Shown: one piece after another, positions 11,114 through 23,762 of the stretch
How the letters are laid out: each line of letters starts with the position of its first letter
Position numbering within the stretch: position 1 is the stretch's first letter
Origin: Eledone cirrhosa
Taxonomy: Eukaryota
Assembly: GCA_964016885.1 (NCBI GenBank)
Contig: OZ024742.1
Location: 165,416,001-165,480,000 of the forward strand
Direction of reading: 5' to 3'
DNA: 64,000 bases
Made by a program: the position numbers and the translations under genes
The notes under the pieces: generated by a model
Database searches by the model: none
Seen by the model: only the letters and a program-made list of their open reading frames with translations
What the model was told of the DNA's origin: nothing

Positions 11114-14100
11114 TTGGCTGGCGGGAAATTATCTCCCCTTGGACGGCTGGAAATTATATCCCCTTGGAAGGATGGAAATTATCTCCCCTTGGACGGCTGG
11201 AAATTATCTCCCCTTGGACGGCTGGAAATTATCTCCCCTTGGACAGCTGGAAATTATCTGCCCTTGATTTTGTTTTTACAAATTATCTCCCCCTGATTTT
11301 TTTTACAAATTATCTCCACCTGATTTTTTAAAAAATTATCTCCCCTTGGACGGCTGGAAATTATCTCCCCTTGATTTTTTTTACAAATTATCTCCCCCTG
11401 ATTTTTTTTTACAAATTATCTCCCCCTGATTTTTTTTTACAAATTATCTCCCCCTGATTTTTTTTTACAAATTATCTCACCCTGATTTTTTTTACAAATT
11501 ATCTCTCCCTGATTTTTTTACAAATTATCTCCCCTTGGCTGGCTGGAAATTATCTCCCCTTGGAGGCTGGAATTTATCTCCCCTTGGACGGCTAGAAATT
11601 ACCTCTCCTTGGACGGCTGGAAAATATGTCTCCTTGGACGGCTGGATATTATCTACCCTTGGACGGCTGGAAATTATCTCCCCTTGGACGGCTGGAAATT
11701 ATCTCCTCTTGGACGGCTAGATATTACCTCCCCTTGGACGGCTGGAAATTATCTCCCCTTGATTTTTTTACAAATTATCTCCCCCTGATTTTTTTACAAA
11801 TTATCTCCCCCTGATTTTTTTTACAAATTATCTCCGCCTAATTTTTTTAAATATTATCTTCCCTTGGCTGGCGGGAAATTATCTCCCCTTGGACGGCTGA
11901 AAATTATCTCCCCTTGGACGGCTGGAAATTATCTCCCCTTGATTTTTTTTACAAATTATCTCCCCCTGATTTTTTTTTACAAATTATCTCCCCCTGATTT
12001 TTTTTACAAATTATCTCCTCCTGATTTTTTTACAAATTATCTCCCCTTGGCTGGCTGGAAATTATCTCCCCTTGGAGGCTGGAATTTATCTCCCCTTGGA
12101 CGGCTAGAAATTACCTCTCCTTGGAAGGCTGGAAAATATGTCCTTGGACGGCTGGATATTATCTACCCTTGGACGGCTGGAAATTATCTCCCCTTGGACG
12201 GCTGGAAATTATCTCCCCTTGGACGGCTAGATATTACCTCCCCTTGGACGGCTGAAAATTATCTCCCCTTGGACGGCTGGAAATTATCTCCCCTTGATTT
12301 TTTTTACAAATTATCTCCCCCTGATTATTTTTTACAAATTATCCCCTGATTTTTTTTTTACAAATTATCTCCCCCTGATTTTTTTTACAAATTATCTCCC
12401 CCTGATTTTTTTACAAATTATCTCCCCTTGGCTGGCTGGAAATTATCTCCCATTGGAGGCTGGAATTTATCTCCCCTTGGACGGTTAGAAATTACCTCCC
12501 CTTGGACGGCTGGAAAATATGTCTCCTTGGACGGCTGGAAATTATCGCCCCTTGGACGGCTGGAAATTATCTCCCCTTGGACGGCTGGAAATTATCTCTC
12601 ATCGGACGGCTAGAAATTACCTCTCCTTGGACAGCTGAAAATTATCTCCCCTTGGACGGCTGGAAATTATCTCCCCTTGATTTTTTTTACAAATTATCTC
12701 CCCCTGATTTTTTTTTACAAATTATCTCCCCCTGATTTTTTTTTACAAATTATCTCCCCCTGATTTTTTTTTACAAATTATCTCCCCCTGATATTTTTTA
12801 CAAATTATCTCCCCCTGATTTTTTTACAAATTATCTCCCCTTGGCTGGCTGGAAATTATCTCCCCTTGGAGGCTGGAATTTATCTCCCCTTGGACGGCTA
12901 GAAATTACCTCGCCTTGGACGGCTGGAAAATATGTCTCCTTGGACGGCTGGAAATTATCTCCCCTTGGACGGCTGGAAATTATCTCCCCTTGGACAGCTG
13001 GAAATTATCTCCCCTTGGACGGCTAGATATTACCTCCCCTTGGACGGCTGGAAATTATCTCCCCTTGATTTTTTTTACAAATTATCTCCCCCTGATTTTT
13101 TTTTACAAATTATCTCCCCCTGATTTTTTTTTACGAATTATCTCCCCCCGATTTTTTTTTACAAATTATCTCCGGCTGATTTTTTTTTAAAAATTATCTC
13201 CCCTTGAACGGCTGGAAATTATCTCCCCTTGGACGGCTGGAAATTATCTCCCCTTGGACGGCTAGAAATTACCTCTCCTTGGACGGCTGAAAATTATCTC
13301 CCCTTGGACGGCTGCAAATTATCTCCCCTTGATTTTTTAACAAATTATCTCCCCCTGATTTTTTTTTACAAATTATCTCCCCCTGATTTTTTTTTACAAA
13401 TTATCTCCCCCTGATTTTTTTTTACAAATTATCTCCCCCTGATTTTTTTACAAATTATCTCCCCCTGATTTTTTTTACAATCTCCGCCTGATTTTTTAAA
13501 AAATTATCTTCCCTTGGCTGGCGGGAAATTATCTCCCCTTGGACGGCTGGAAATTATCTCCCCTTGGACGGCTGGAAATTATCTCCCCTTGGACAGCTGG
13601 AAATTATCTGCCCTTGATTTTGTTTTTACAAATTATCTCCCCCTGATTTTTTTTACAAATTATCTCCACCTGATTTTTTAAAAAATTATCTCCCCTTGGA
13701 CGGCTGGAAATTATCTCCCCTTGATTTTTTTACAAATTATCTCCCCCTGATTTTTTTTACAAGTTATCTCCCCCTGATTTTATGCTACAAATTATCTCCC
13801 CCTGATTTTTTTACAAATTATCTCCCCCTGATTTTTTTTACAAATTATCTCCGCCTGATTTTTTTAAATATTATCTTCCCTTGGCTGGCGGGAAATTATC
13901 TCCCCTTGGACGGCTGGAAATTATCTCCCCTTGATTTTTTTTACAAATTATCTCCCCCTGATTTTTTTTTACAAATTATCTCCCCCTGATTTTTTTTTAC
14001 AAATTATCTCCCCCTGATTTTTTTTTACAAATTATCTCCCCCTGATTTTTTTTTACAAATCTCCCCCTGATTTTTTTATAAATTATCTCCCCTTGGCTGG

Positions 14101-15882
14101 CTGGAAATTATCTCCCCTTGGAGGCTGGAATTTATCTCCCCTTGGACGGCTAGAAATTACCTCTCCTTGGATGGCTGGAAAATATGTCTCCTTGGACGGC
14201 TGGATATTATCTACCCTTGGACGGCTGGAAATTATCTCCCCTTGGACGGCTGGAAATTATCTCCCCTTGGACGGCTAGATATTACCTCCCATTGGACGGC
14301 TGGAAATTATCTCCCCTTGATTTTTTTTACAAATTATCTCCCCCTGATTTTTTTTTACGAATTATCTCCCCCTGATTTTTTTTTACAAAGTATCTCCGCC
14401 TGATTTTTTTTTAAAAATTATCTCCCCTTGAACGGCTGGAAATTATCTCCCCTTGGACGGCTGGAAATTATCTCCCCTTGGACGGCTAGAAATTACCTCT
14501 CCTTGGACGGCTGAAAATTATCTCCCCTTGGACGGCTGCAAATTATCTCCCCTTGATTTTTTTAACAAATTATCTCCCCCTGATTTTTTTTTACAAATTA
14601 TCTCCCCCTGATTTTTTTTACAAATTATCTACGCCTAATTTTTTTTACAAATTATCTCCCCCTGATTTTTTTTTACAAATTATCTCCCCCTGATTTTTTT
14701 TACAAATTATCTCCCCTTGGCTGGCTGGAAATTATCTCCCCTTGGAGGCTGGAATTTATCTCCCCTTGGACGGTTAGAAATTACCTCTCCTTGGACTGCT
14801 GGAAAATATGTCTCCTTGGACGGCTGGAAATTATCTCCCCTTGGACGGCTGGAAATTATCTCCCCTTGGACGGCTGGAAATTATCTCTCCTCGGACGACT
14901 AGAAATTACCTCTCCTTGGACAGCTGAAAATTATCTCCCCTTGGACGGCTGGAAATTATCTCCCCTTGATTTTTTTTACAAATTATCTCCCCCTGATTTA
15001 TTTTACAAATTATCTCCCCCTGATTTTTTTTTACAAATTATCTCCCCCTGATTTTTTTTACAAATTATCTCCCCCTGATATTTTTTACAAATTATCTCCC
15101 CCTGATTTTTTTACAAATTATCTCCCCTTGGCTGGCTGGAAATTATCTACCCTTGGAGGCTGGAATTTATCTCCCCTTGGACGGCTAGAAATTACCTCGC
15201 CTTGGACGGCTGGAAAATATGTCTCCTTGGACGGCTGGAAATTATCTCCCCTTGGACGGCTGGAAATTATCTCCCCTTGGACGGCTGGAAATTATCTCCC
15301 CTTGGACGGCTAGATATTACCTCCCCTTGGACGGCTGGAAATTATCTCCCCTTGATTTTTTTTACAAATTATCTCCCCCTGATTTTTTTTTACAAATTAT
15401 CTCCCCCTGATTTTTTTTTACGAAGTATCTCCCCCTGATTTTTTTTTACAAATTATCTCCGCCTGATTTTTTTTTAAAAATTATCTCCCCTTGAACGGCT
15501 GGAAATTATCTCCCCTTGGACGGCTGGAAATTATCTCCCCTTGGACGGCTAGAAATTACCTCTCCTTGGACGGCTGAAAATTATCTCCCATTGGACGGCT
15601 GCAAATTATCTCCCCTTGATTTTTTAACAAATTATCTCCCCCTGATTTTTTTTTACAAATTATCTCCCCCTGATTTTTTTTTACAAATTATCTACGCCTA
15701 ATTTTTTTTACAAATTATCTCCCCCTGATTTTTTTTTACAAATTATCTCCCCCTGATTTTTTTTACAAATTATCTCCCCCTGATTTTTTTTACAAATTAT
15801 TTCCCCCTGATTTTTTTACAAATTATCTCCCCCCTGATTTTTTTTACAATCTCCGCCTGATTTTTTTAAAAATTATCTTCCC
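11114..15882 (+). repeat. ~4.77 kb higher-order repeat unit (most regular instance)
   Basis: The module order restarts 4,768-4,769 bp later (11114/15883, 11535/16303, 12428/17196, 12841/17609). The same spacing recurs at 32077/36845, and is 4,741 at 43806/48547. Confidence 0.8.
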
Positions 15883-18800
15883 TTGGCTGGCGGGAAATTA
15901 TCTCCCCTTGGACGGCTGGAAATTATATCCCCTTGGAAGGATGGAAATTATCTCCCCTTGGACGGCTGGAAATTATCTCCCCTTGGACGGCTGGAAATTA
16001 TCTCCCCTTGGACAGCTGGAAATTATCTGTCCTTGATTTTGTTTTTACAAATTATCTCCCCCTGATTTTTTTTACAAATTATCTCCACCTGATTTTTTAA
16101 AAAATTATCTCCCCTTGGACGGCTGGAAATTATCTCCCCTTGATTTTTTTTACAAATTATCTCCCCCTGATTTTTTTTTACAAATTATCTCCCCCTGATT
16201 TTTTTTTACAAATTATCTCCCCCTGATTTTTTTTTACAAATTATCTCACCCTGATTTTTTTACAAATTATCTCTCCCTGATTTTTTTACAAATTATCTCC
16301 CCTTGGCTGGCTGGAAATTATCTCCCCTTGGAGGCTGGAATTTATCTCCCCTTGGACGGCTAGAAATTACCTCTCCTTGGACGGCTGGAAAATATGTCTC
16401 CTTGGACGGCTGGATATTATCTACCCTTGGACGGCTGGAAATTATCTCCCCTTGGACGGCTGGAAATTATCTCCTCTTGGACGGCTAGATATTACCTCCC
16501 CTTGGACGGCTGGAAATTATCTCCCCTTGATTTTTTTACAAATTATCTCCCCCTGATTTTTTTACAAATTATCTCCCCCTGATTTTTTTTACAAATTATC
16601 TCCGCCTAATTTTTTTAAATATTATCTTCCCTTGGCTGGCGGGAAATTATCTCCCCTTGGACGGCTGAAAATTATCTCCCCTTGGACGGCTGGAAATTAT
16701 CTCCCCTTGATTTTTTTTACAAATTATCTCCCCCTGATTTTTTTTTACAAATTATCTCCCCCTGATTTTTTTTACAAATTATCTCCCCCTGATTTTTTTA
16801 CAAATTATCTCCCCTTGGCTGGCTGGAAATTATCTCCCCTTGGAGGCTGGAATTTATCTCCCCTTGGACGGCTAGAAATTACCTCTCCTTGGAAGGCTGG
16901 AAAATATGTCCTTGGACGGCTGGATATTATCTACCCTTGGACGGCTGGAAATTATCTCCCCTTGGACGGCTGGAAATTATCTCCCCTTGGACGGCTAGAT
17001 ATTACCTCCCCTTGGACGGCTGAAAATTATCTCCCCTTGGACGGCTGGAAATTATCTCCCCTTGATTTTTTTTACAAATTATCTCCCCCTGATTATTTTT
17101 TACAAATTATCCCCTGATTTTTTTTTTACAAATTATCTCCCCCTGATTTTTTTTACAAATTATCTCCCCCTGATTTTTTTACAAATTATCTCCCCTTGGC
17201 TGGCTGGAAATTATCTCCCATTGGAGGCTGGAATTTATCTCCCCTTGGACGGTTAGAAATTACCTCCCCTTGGACGGCTGGAAAATATGTCTCCTTGGAC
17301 GGCTGGAAATTATCGCCCCTTGGATGGCTGGAAATTATCTCCCCTTGGACGGCTGGAAATTATCTCTCATCGGACGGCTAGAAATTACCTTTCCTTGGAC
17401 AGCTGAAAATTATCTCCCCTTGGACGGCTGGAAATTATCTCCCCTTGATTTTTTTTACAAATTATCTCCCCCTGATTTTTTTTTACAAATTATCTCCCCC
17501 TGATTTTTTTTTACAAATTATCTCCCCCTGATTTTTTTTTACAAATTATCTCCCCCTGATATTTTTTACAAATTATCTCCCCCTGATTTTTTTACAAATT
17601 ATCTCCCCTTGGCTGGCTGGAAATTATCTCCCCTTGGAGGCTGGAATTTATCTCCCCTTGGACGGCTAGAAATTACCTCGCCTTGGACGGCTGGAAAATA
17701 TGTCTCCTTGGACGGCTGGAAATTATCTCCCCTTGGACGGCTGGAAATTATCTCCCCTTGGACAGCTGGAAATTATCTCCCCTTGGACGGCTAGATATTA
17801 CCTCCCCTTGGACGGCTGGAAATTATCTCCCCTTGGACGGCTGGAAATTATATCCCCTTGGACGGCTGGAAATTACCTCCCCTTGGACAGCTGGAAATTA
17901 TCTGCCCTTGATTTTGTTTTTACAAATTATCTCCCCCTGATTTTTTTTACAAATTATCTCCACCTGATTTTTTAAAAAATTATCTCCCCTTGGACGGCTG
18001 GAAATTATCTCCCCTTGATTTTTTTTACAAATTATCTCCCCCTGATTTTTTTTTACAAATTATCTCCCCCTGATTTTTTTTTACAAATTATCTCCCCCTG
18101 ATTTTTTTTTACAAATTATCTGCCCCTGATTTTTTTTACAAATTATCTCCCCCTGATTTTTTTACAAATTATCTCCCCTTGGCTGGCTGGAAATTATCTC
18201 CCCTTGGAGGCTGGAATTTATCTCCCCTTGGACGGCTAGAAATTACCTCTCCTTGGACGGCTGGAAAATATTTCTCCTTGGACGGCTGGATATTATCTAC
18301 CCTTGGACGGGTGGAAATTATCTCCCCTTGGACGGCTGGAAATTATCTCCCCTTGGACGGCTAGATATTACCTCCCCTTGGACGACTGGAAATTATCTCC
18401 CCTTGATTTTTTTTACAAATTATCTCCCCCTGATTTTTTTTTTACAAATTATCTCCCCCTGATTTTTTTTACAAATTATCTCCGCCTGATTTTTTTAAAT
18501 ATTATCTTCTCTTGGCTGGCGGGAAATTATCTCCCCTTGGACGGCTGAAAATTATCTCCCCTTGGACGGCTGGAAATTATCTCCCCTTGATTTTTTTTAC
18601 AAATTATCTCCCCCTGATTTTTTTTTACAAATTATCTCCCCCTGATTTTTTTTTACAAATTATCTCCCCCTGATTTTTTTTTTACAAATTATCTCCCCCT
18701 GATTTATTTACAAATTATCTCCCCCTGATTTTTTTTACAAATTATCTCCGCCTGATTTTTTTAAATATTATCTTCTCTTGGCTGGCGGGAAATTATCTCC

Positions 18801-21800
18801 CCTTGGACGGCTGAAAATTATCTCCCCTTGGACGGCTGGAAATTATCTCCCCTTGATTTTTTTTACAAATTATCTCCCCCTGATTTTTTTTTACAAATTA
18901 TCTCCCCCTGATTTTTTTTTACAAATTATCTCCCCCTGATTTTTTTTTACAAATTATCTCCCCCTGATTTTTTTTACAAATTATCTCCCCCTGATTTTTT
19001 TACAAATTATCTCCCCTTGGCTGGCTGGAAATTATCTCCCCTTGGAGGCTGGAATTTATCTCCCCTTGGACGGCTAGAAATTACCTCTCCTTGGACGGCT
19101 GGAAATTATCTCTCCTCGGACGACTAGAAATTACCTCTCCTTGGACAGCTGAAAATTATCTCCCCTTGGACGGCTGGAAATTATCTCCCCTTGATTTTTT
19201 TTACAAATTATCTCCCCCTGATTTATTTTACAAATTATCTCCCCCTGATTTTTTTTTACAAATTATCTCCCCCTGATTTTTTTTACAAATTATCTCCCCC
19301 TGATATTTTTTACAAATTATCTCCCCCTGATTTTTTTACAAATTATCTCCCCTTGGCTGGCTGGAAATTATCTACCCTTGGAGGCTGGAATTTATCTCCC
19401 CTTGGACGGCTAGAAATTACCTCGCCTTGGACGGCTGGAAAATATGTCTCCTTGGACGGCTGGAAATTATCTCCCCTTGGACGGCTGGAAATTATCTCCC
19501 CTTGGACGGCTGGAAATTATCTCCCCTTGGACGGCTAGATATTACCTCCCCTTGGACGGCTGGAAATTATCTCCCCTTGATTTTTTTTACAAATTATCTC
19601 CCCCTGATTTTTTTTTACAAATTATCTCCCCCTGATTTTTTTTTACGATCTCCCCCTGATTTTTTTTTACAAATTATCTCCGCCTGATTTTTTTTAAAAA
19701 ATTATCTCCCCTTGAACGGCTGGAAATTATCTCCCCTTGGACGGCTGGAAATTATCTCCCCTTGGACGGCTAGAAATTACCTCTCCTTGGACGGCTGAAA
19801 ATTATCTCCCATTGGACGGCTGCAAATTATCTCCCCTTGATTTTTTAACAAATTATCTCCCCCTGATTTTTTTTTACAAATTATCTCCCCCTGATTTTTT
19901 TTTACAAATTATCTACGCCTAATTTTTTTTACAAATTATCTCCCCCTGATTTTTTTTTACAAATTATCTCCCCCTGATTTTTTTTACAAATTATCTCCCC
20001 CTGATTTTTTTTTACAAATTATTTCCCCCTGATTTTTTTACAAATTATCTCCCCCCTGATTTTTTTTACAATCTCCGCCTGATTTTTTTAAAAATTATCT
20101 TCCCTTGGCTGGCGGGAAATTATCTCCCCTTGGACGGCTGGAAATTATATCCCCTTGGAAGGATGGAAATTATCTCCCCTTGGACGGCTGGAAATTATCT
20201 CCCCTTGGACGGCTGGAAATTATCTCCCCTTGGACAGCTGGAAATTATCTGTCCTTGATTTTGTTTTTACAAATTATCTCCCCCTGATTTTTTTTACAAA
20301 TTATCTCCACCTGATTTTTTAAAAAATTATCTCCCCTTGGACGGCTGGAAATTATCTCCCCTTGATTTTTTTTACAAATTATCTCCCCCTGATTTTTTTT
20401 TACAAATTATCTCCCCCTGATTTTTTTTTACAAATTATCTCCCCCTGATTTTTTTTTACAAATTATCTCACCCTGATTTTTTTTACAAATTATCTCTCCC
20501 TGATTTTTTTACAAATTATCTCCCCTTGGCTGGCTGGAAATTATCTCCCCTTGGAGGCTGGAATTTATCTCCCCTTGGACGGCTAGAAATTACCTCTCCT
20601 TGGACGGCTGGAAAATATGTCTCCTTGGACGGCTGGATATTATCTACCCTTGGACGGCTGGAAATTATCTCCCCTTGGACGGCTGGAAATTATCTCCTGT
20701 TGGACGGCTAGATATTACCTCCCCTTGGACGGCTGGAAATTATCTCCCCTTGATTTTTTTACAAATTATCTCCCCCTGATTTTTTTACAAATTATCTCCC
20801 CCTGATTTTTTTTACAAATTATCTCCGCCTAATTTTTTTAAATATTATCTTCCCTTGGCTGGCGGGAAATTATCTCCCCTTGGACGGCTGAAAATTATCT
20901 CCCCTTGGACGGCTGGAAATTATCTCCCCTTGATTTTTTTTACAAATTATCTCCCCCTGATTTTTTTTTACAAATTATCTCCCCCTGATTTTTTTTACAA
21001 ATTATCTCCCCCTGATTTTTTTACAAATTATCTCCCCTTGGCTGGCTGGAAATTATCTCCCCTTGGAGGCTGGAATTTATCTCCCCTTGGACGGCTAGAA
21101 ATTACCTCTCCTTGGAAGGCTGGAAAATATGTCCTTGGACGGCTGGATATTATCTACCCTTGGACGGCTGGAAATTATCTCCCCTTGGACGGCTGGAAAT
21201 TATCTCCCCTTGGACGGCTAGATATTACCTCCCCTTGGACGGCTGAAAATTATCTCCCCTTGGACGGCTGGAAATTATCTCCCCTTGATTTTTTTTTACA
21301 AATTATCTCCCCCTGATTATTTTTTACAAATTATCCCCTGATTTTTTTTTTACAAATTATCTCCCCCTGATTTTTTTTACAAATTATCTCCCCCTGATTT
21401 TTTTACAAATTATCTCCCCTTGGCTGGCTGGAAATTATCTCCCATTGGAGGCTGGAATTTATCTCCCCTTGGACGGTTAGAAATTACCTCCCCTTGGACA
21501 GCTGAAAATTATCTCCCCTTGGACGGCTGGAAATTATCTCCCCTTGATTTTTTTTACAAATTATCTCCCCCTGATTTTTTTTTACAAATTATCTCCCCCT
21601 GATTTTTTTTTACAAATTATCTCCCCCTGATTTTTTTTTACAAATTATCTCCCCCTGATATTTTTTACAAATTATCTCCCCCTGATTTTTTTACAAATTA
21701 TCTCCCCTTGGCTGGCTGGAAATTATCTCCCCTTGGAGGCTGGAATTTATCTCCCCTTGGACGGCTAGAACTTACCTCGCCTTGGACGGCTGGAAAATAT

Positions 21801-23762
21801 GTCTCCTTGGACGGCTGGAAATTATCTCCCCTTGGACGGCTGGAAATTATCTCCCCTTGGACAGCTGGAAATTATCTCCCCTTGGACGGCTAGATATTAC
21901 CTCCCCTTGGACGGCTGGAAATTATCTCCCCTTGATTTTTTTTACAAATTATCTCCCCCTGATTTTTTTTTACAAATTATCTCCCCCTGATTTTTTTTTA
22001 CGAATTATCTCCCCCCGATTTTTTTTTACAAATTATCTCCGCCTGATTTTTTTTTAAAAATTATCTCCCCTTGAACGGCTGGAAATTATCTCCCCTTGGA
22101 CGGCTGGAAATTATCTCCCCTTGGACGGCTAGAAATTACCTCTCCTTGGACGGCTGAAAATTATCTCCCCTTGGACGGCTGCAAATTATCTCCCCTTGAT
22201 TTTTTAACAAATTATCTCCCCCTGATTTTTTTTTACAAATTATCTCCCCCTGATTTTTTTTTACAAATTATCTCCCCCTGATTTTTTTTTACAAATTATC
22301 TCCCCCTGATTTTTTTTACAAATTATCTCCCCCTGATTTTTTTTACAATCTCCGCCTGATTTTTTAAAAAATTATCTTCCCTTGGCTGGCGGGAAATTAT
22401 CTCCCCTTGGACGGCTGGAAATTATCTCCCCTTGATTTTTTTACAAATTATCTCCCCCTGATTTTTTTTACAAATTATCTCCCCCTGATTTTATGTTACA
22501 AATTATCTCCCCCTGATTTTTTTACAAATTATCTCCCCCTGATTTTTTTTACAAATTATCTCCGCCTGATTTTTTTAAATATTATCTTCCCTTGGCTGGC
22601 GGGAAATTATCTCCCCTTGGACGGCTGGAAATTATCTCCCCTTGATTTTTTTTACAAATTATCTCCCCCTGATTTTTTTTTACAAATTATCTCCCCCTGA
22701 TTTTTTTTTACAAATTATCTCCCCCTGATTTTTTTTTACAAATTATCTCCCCCTGATTTTTTTTTACAAATCTCCCCCTGATTTTTTTATAAATTATCTC
22801 CCCTTGGCTGGCTGGAAATTATCTCCCCTTGGAGGCTGGAATTTATCTCCCCTTGGACGGCTAGAAATTACCTCTCCTTGGATGGCTGGAAAATATGTCT
22901 CCTTGGACGGCTGGATATTATCTACCCTTGGACGGCTGGAAATTATCTCCCCTTGGACGGCTGGAAATTATCTCCCCTTGGACGGCTAGATATTACCTCC
23001 CATTGGACGGCTGGAAATTATCTCCCCTTGATTTTTTTTACAAATTATCTCCCCCTGATTTTTTTTTACGAATTATCTCCCCCTGATTTTTTTTTACAAA
23101 TTATCTCCGCCTGATTTTTTTTTAAAAATTATCTCCCCTTGAACGGCTGGAAATTATCTCCCCTTGGACGGCTGGAAATTATCTCCCCTTGGACGGCTAG
23201 AAATTACCTCTCCTTGGACTGCTGAAAATTATCTCCCCTTGGACGGCTGCAAATTATCTCCCCTTGATTTTTTTAACAAATTATCTCCCCCTGATTTTTT
23301 TTTACAAATTATCTCCCCCTGATTTTTTTTTACAAATTATCTACGCCTAATTTTTTTTACAAATTATCTCCCCCTGATTTTTTTTTACAAATTATCTCCC
23401 CCTGATTTTTTTTACAAATTATCTCCCCCTGATTTTTTTTACAAATTATCTCCCCCTGATTTTTTTACAAATTATCTCCCCCCTGATTTTTTTTACAATC
23501 TCCGCCTGATTTTTTTAAAAATTATCTTCCCTTGGCTGGCGGGAAATTATCTCCCCTTGGACGGCTGGAAATTATATCCCCTTGGAAGGATGGAAATTAT
23601 CTCCCCTTGGACGGCTGGAAATTATCTCCCCTTGGACGGCTGGAAATTACCTCCCCTTGGACAGCTGGAAATTATCTGCCCTTGATTTTGTTTTTACAAA
23701 TTATCTCCCCCTGATTTTTTTTACAAATTATCTCCACCTGATTTTTTAAAAAATTATCTCCC

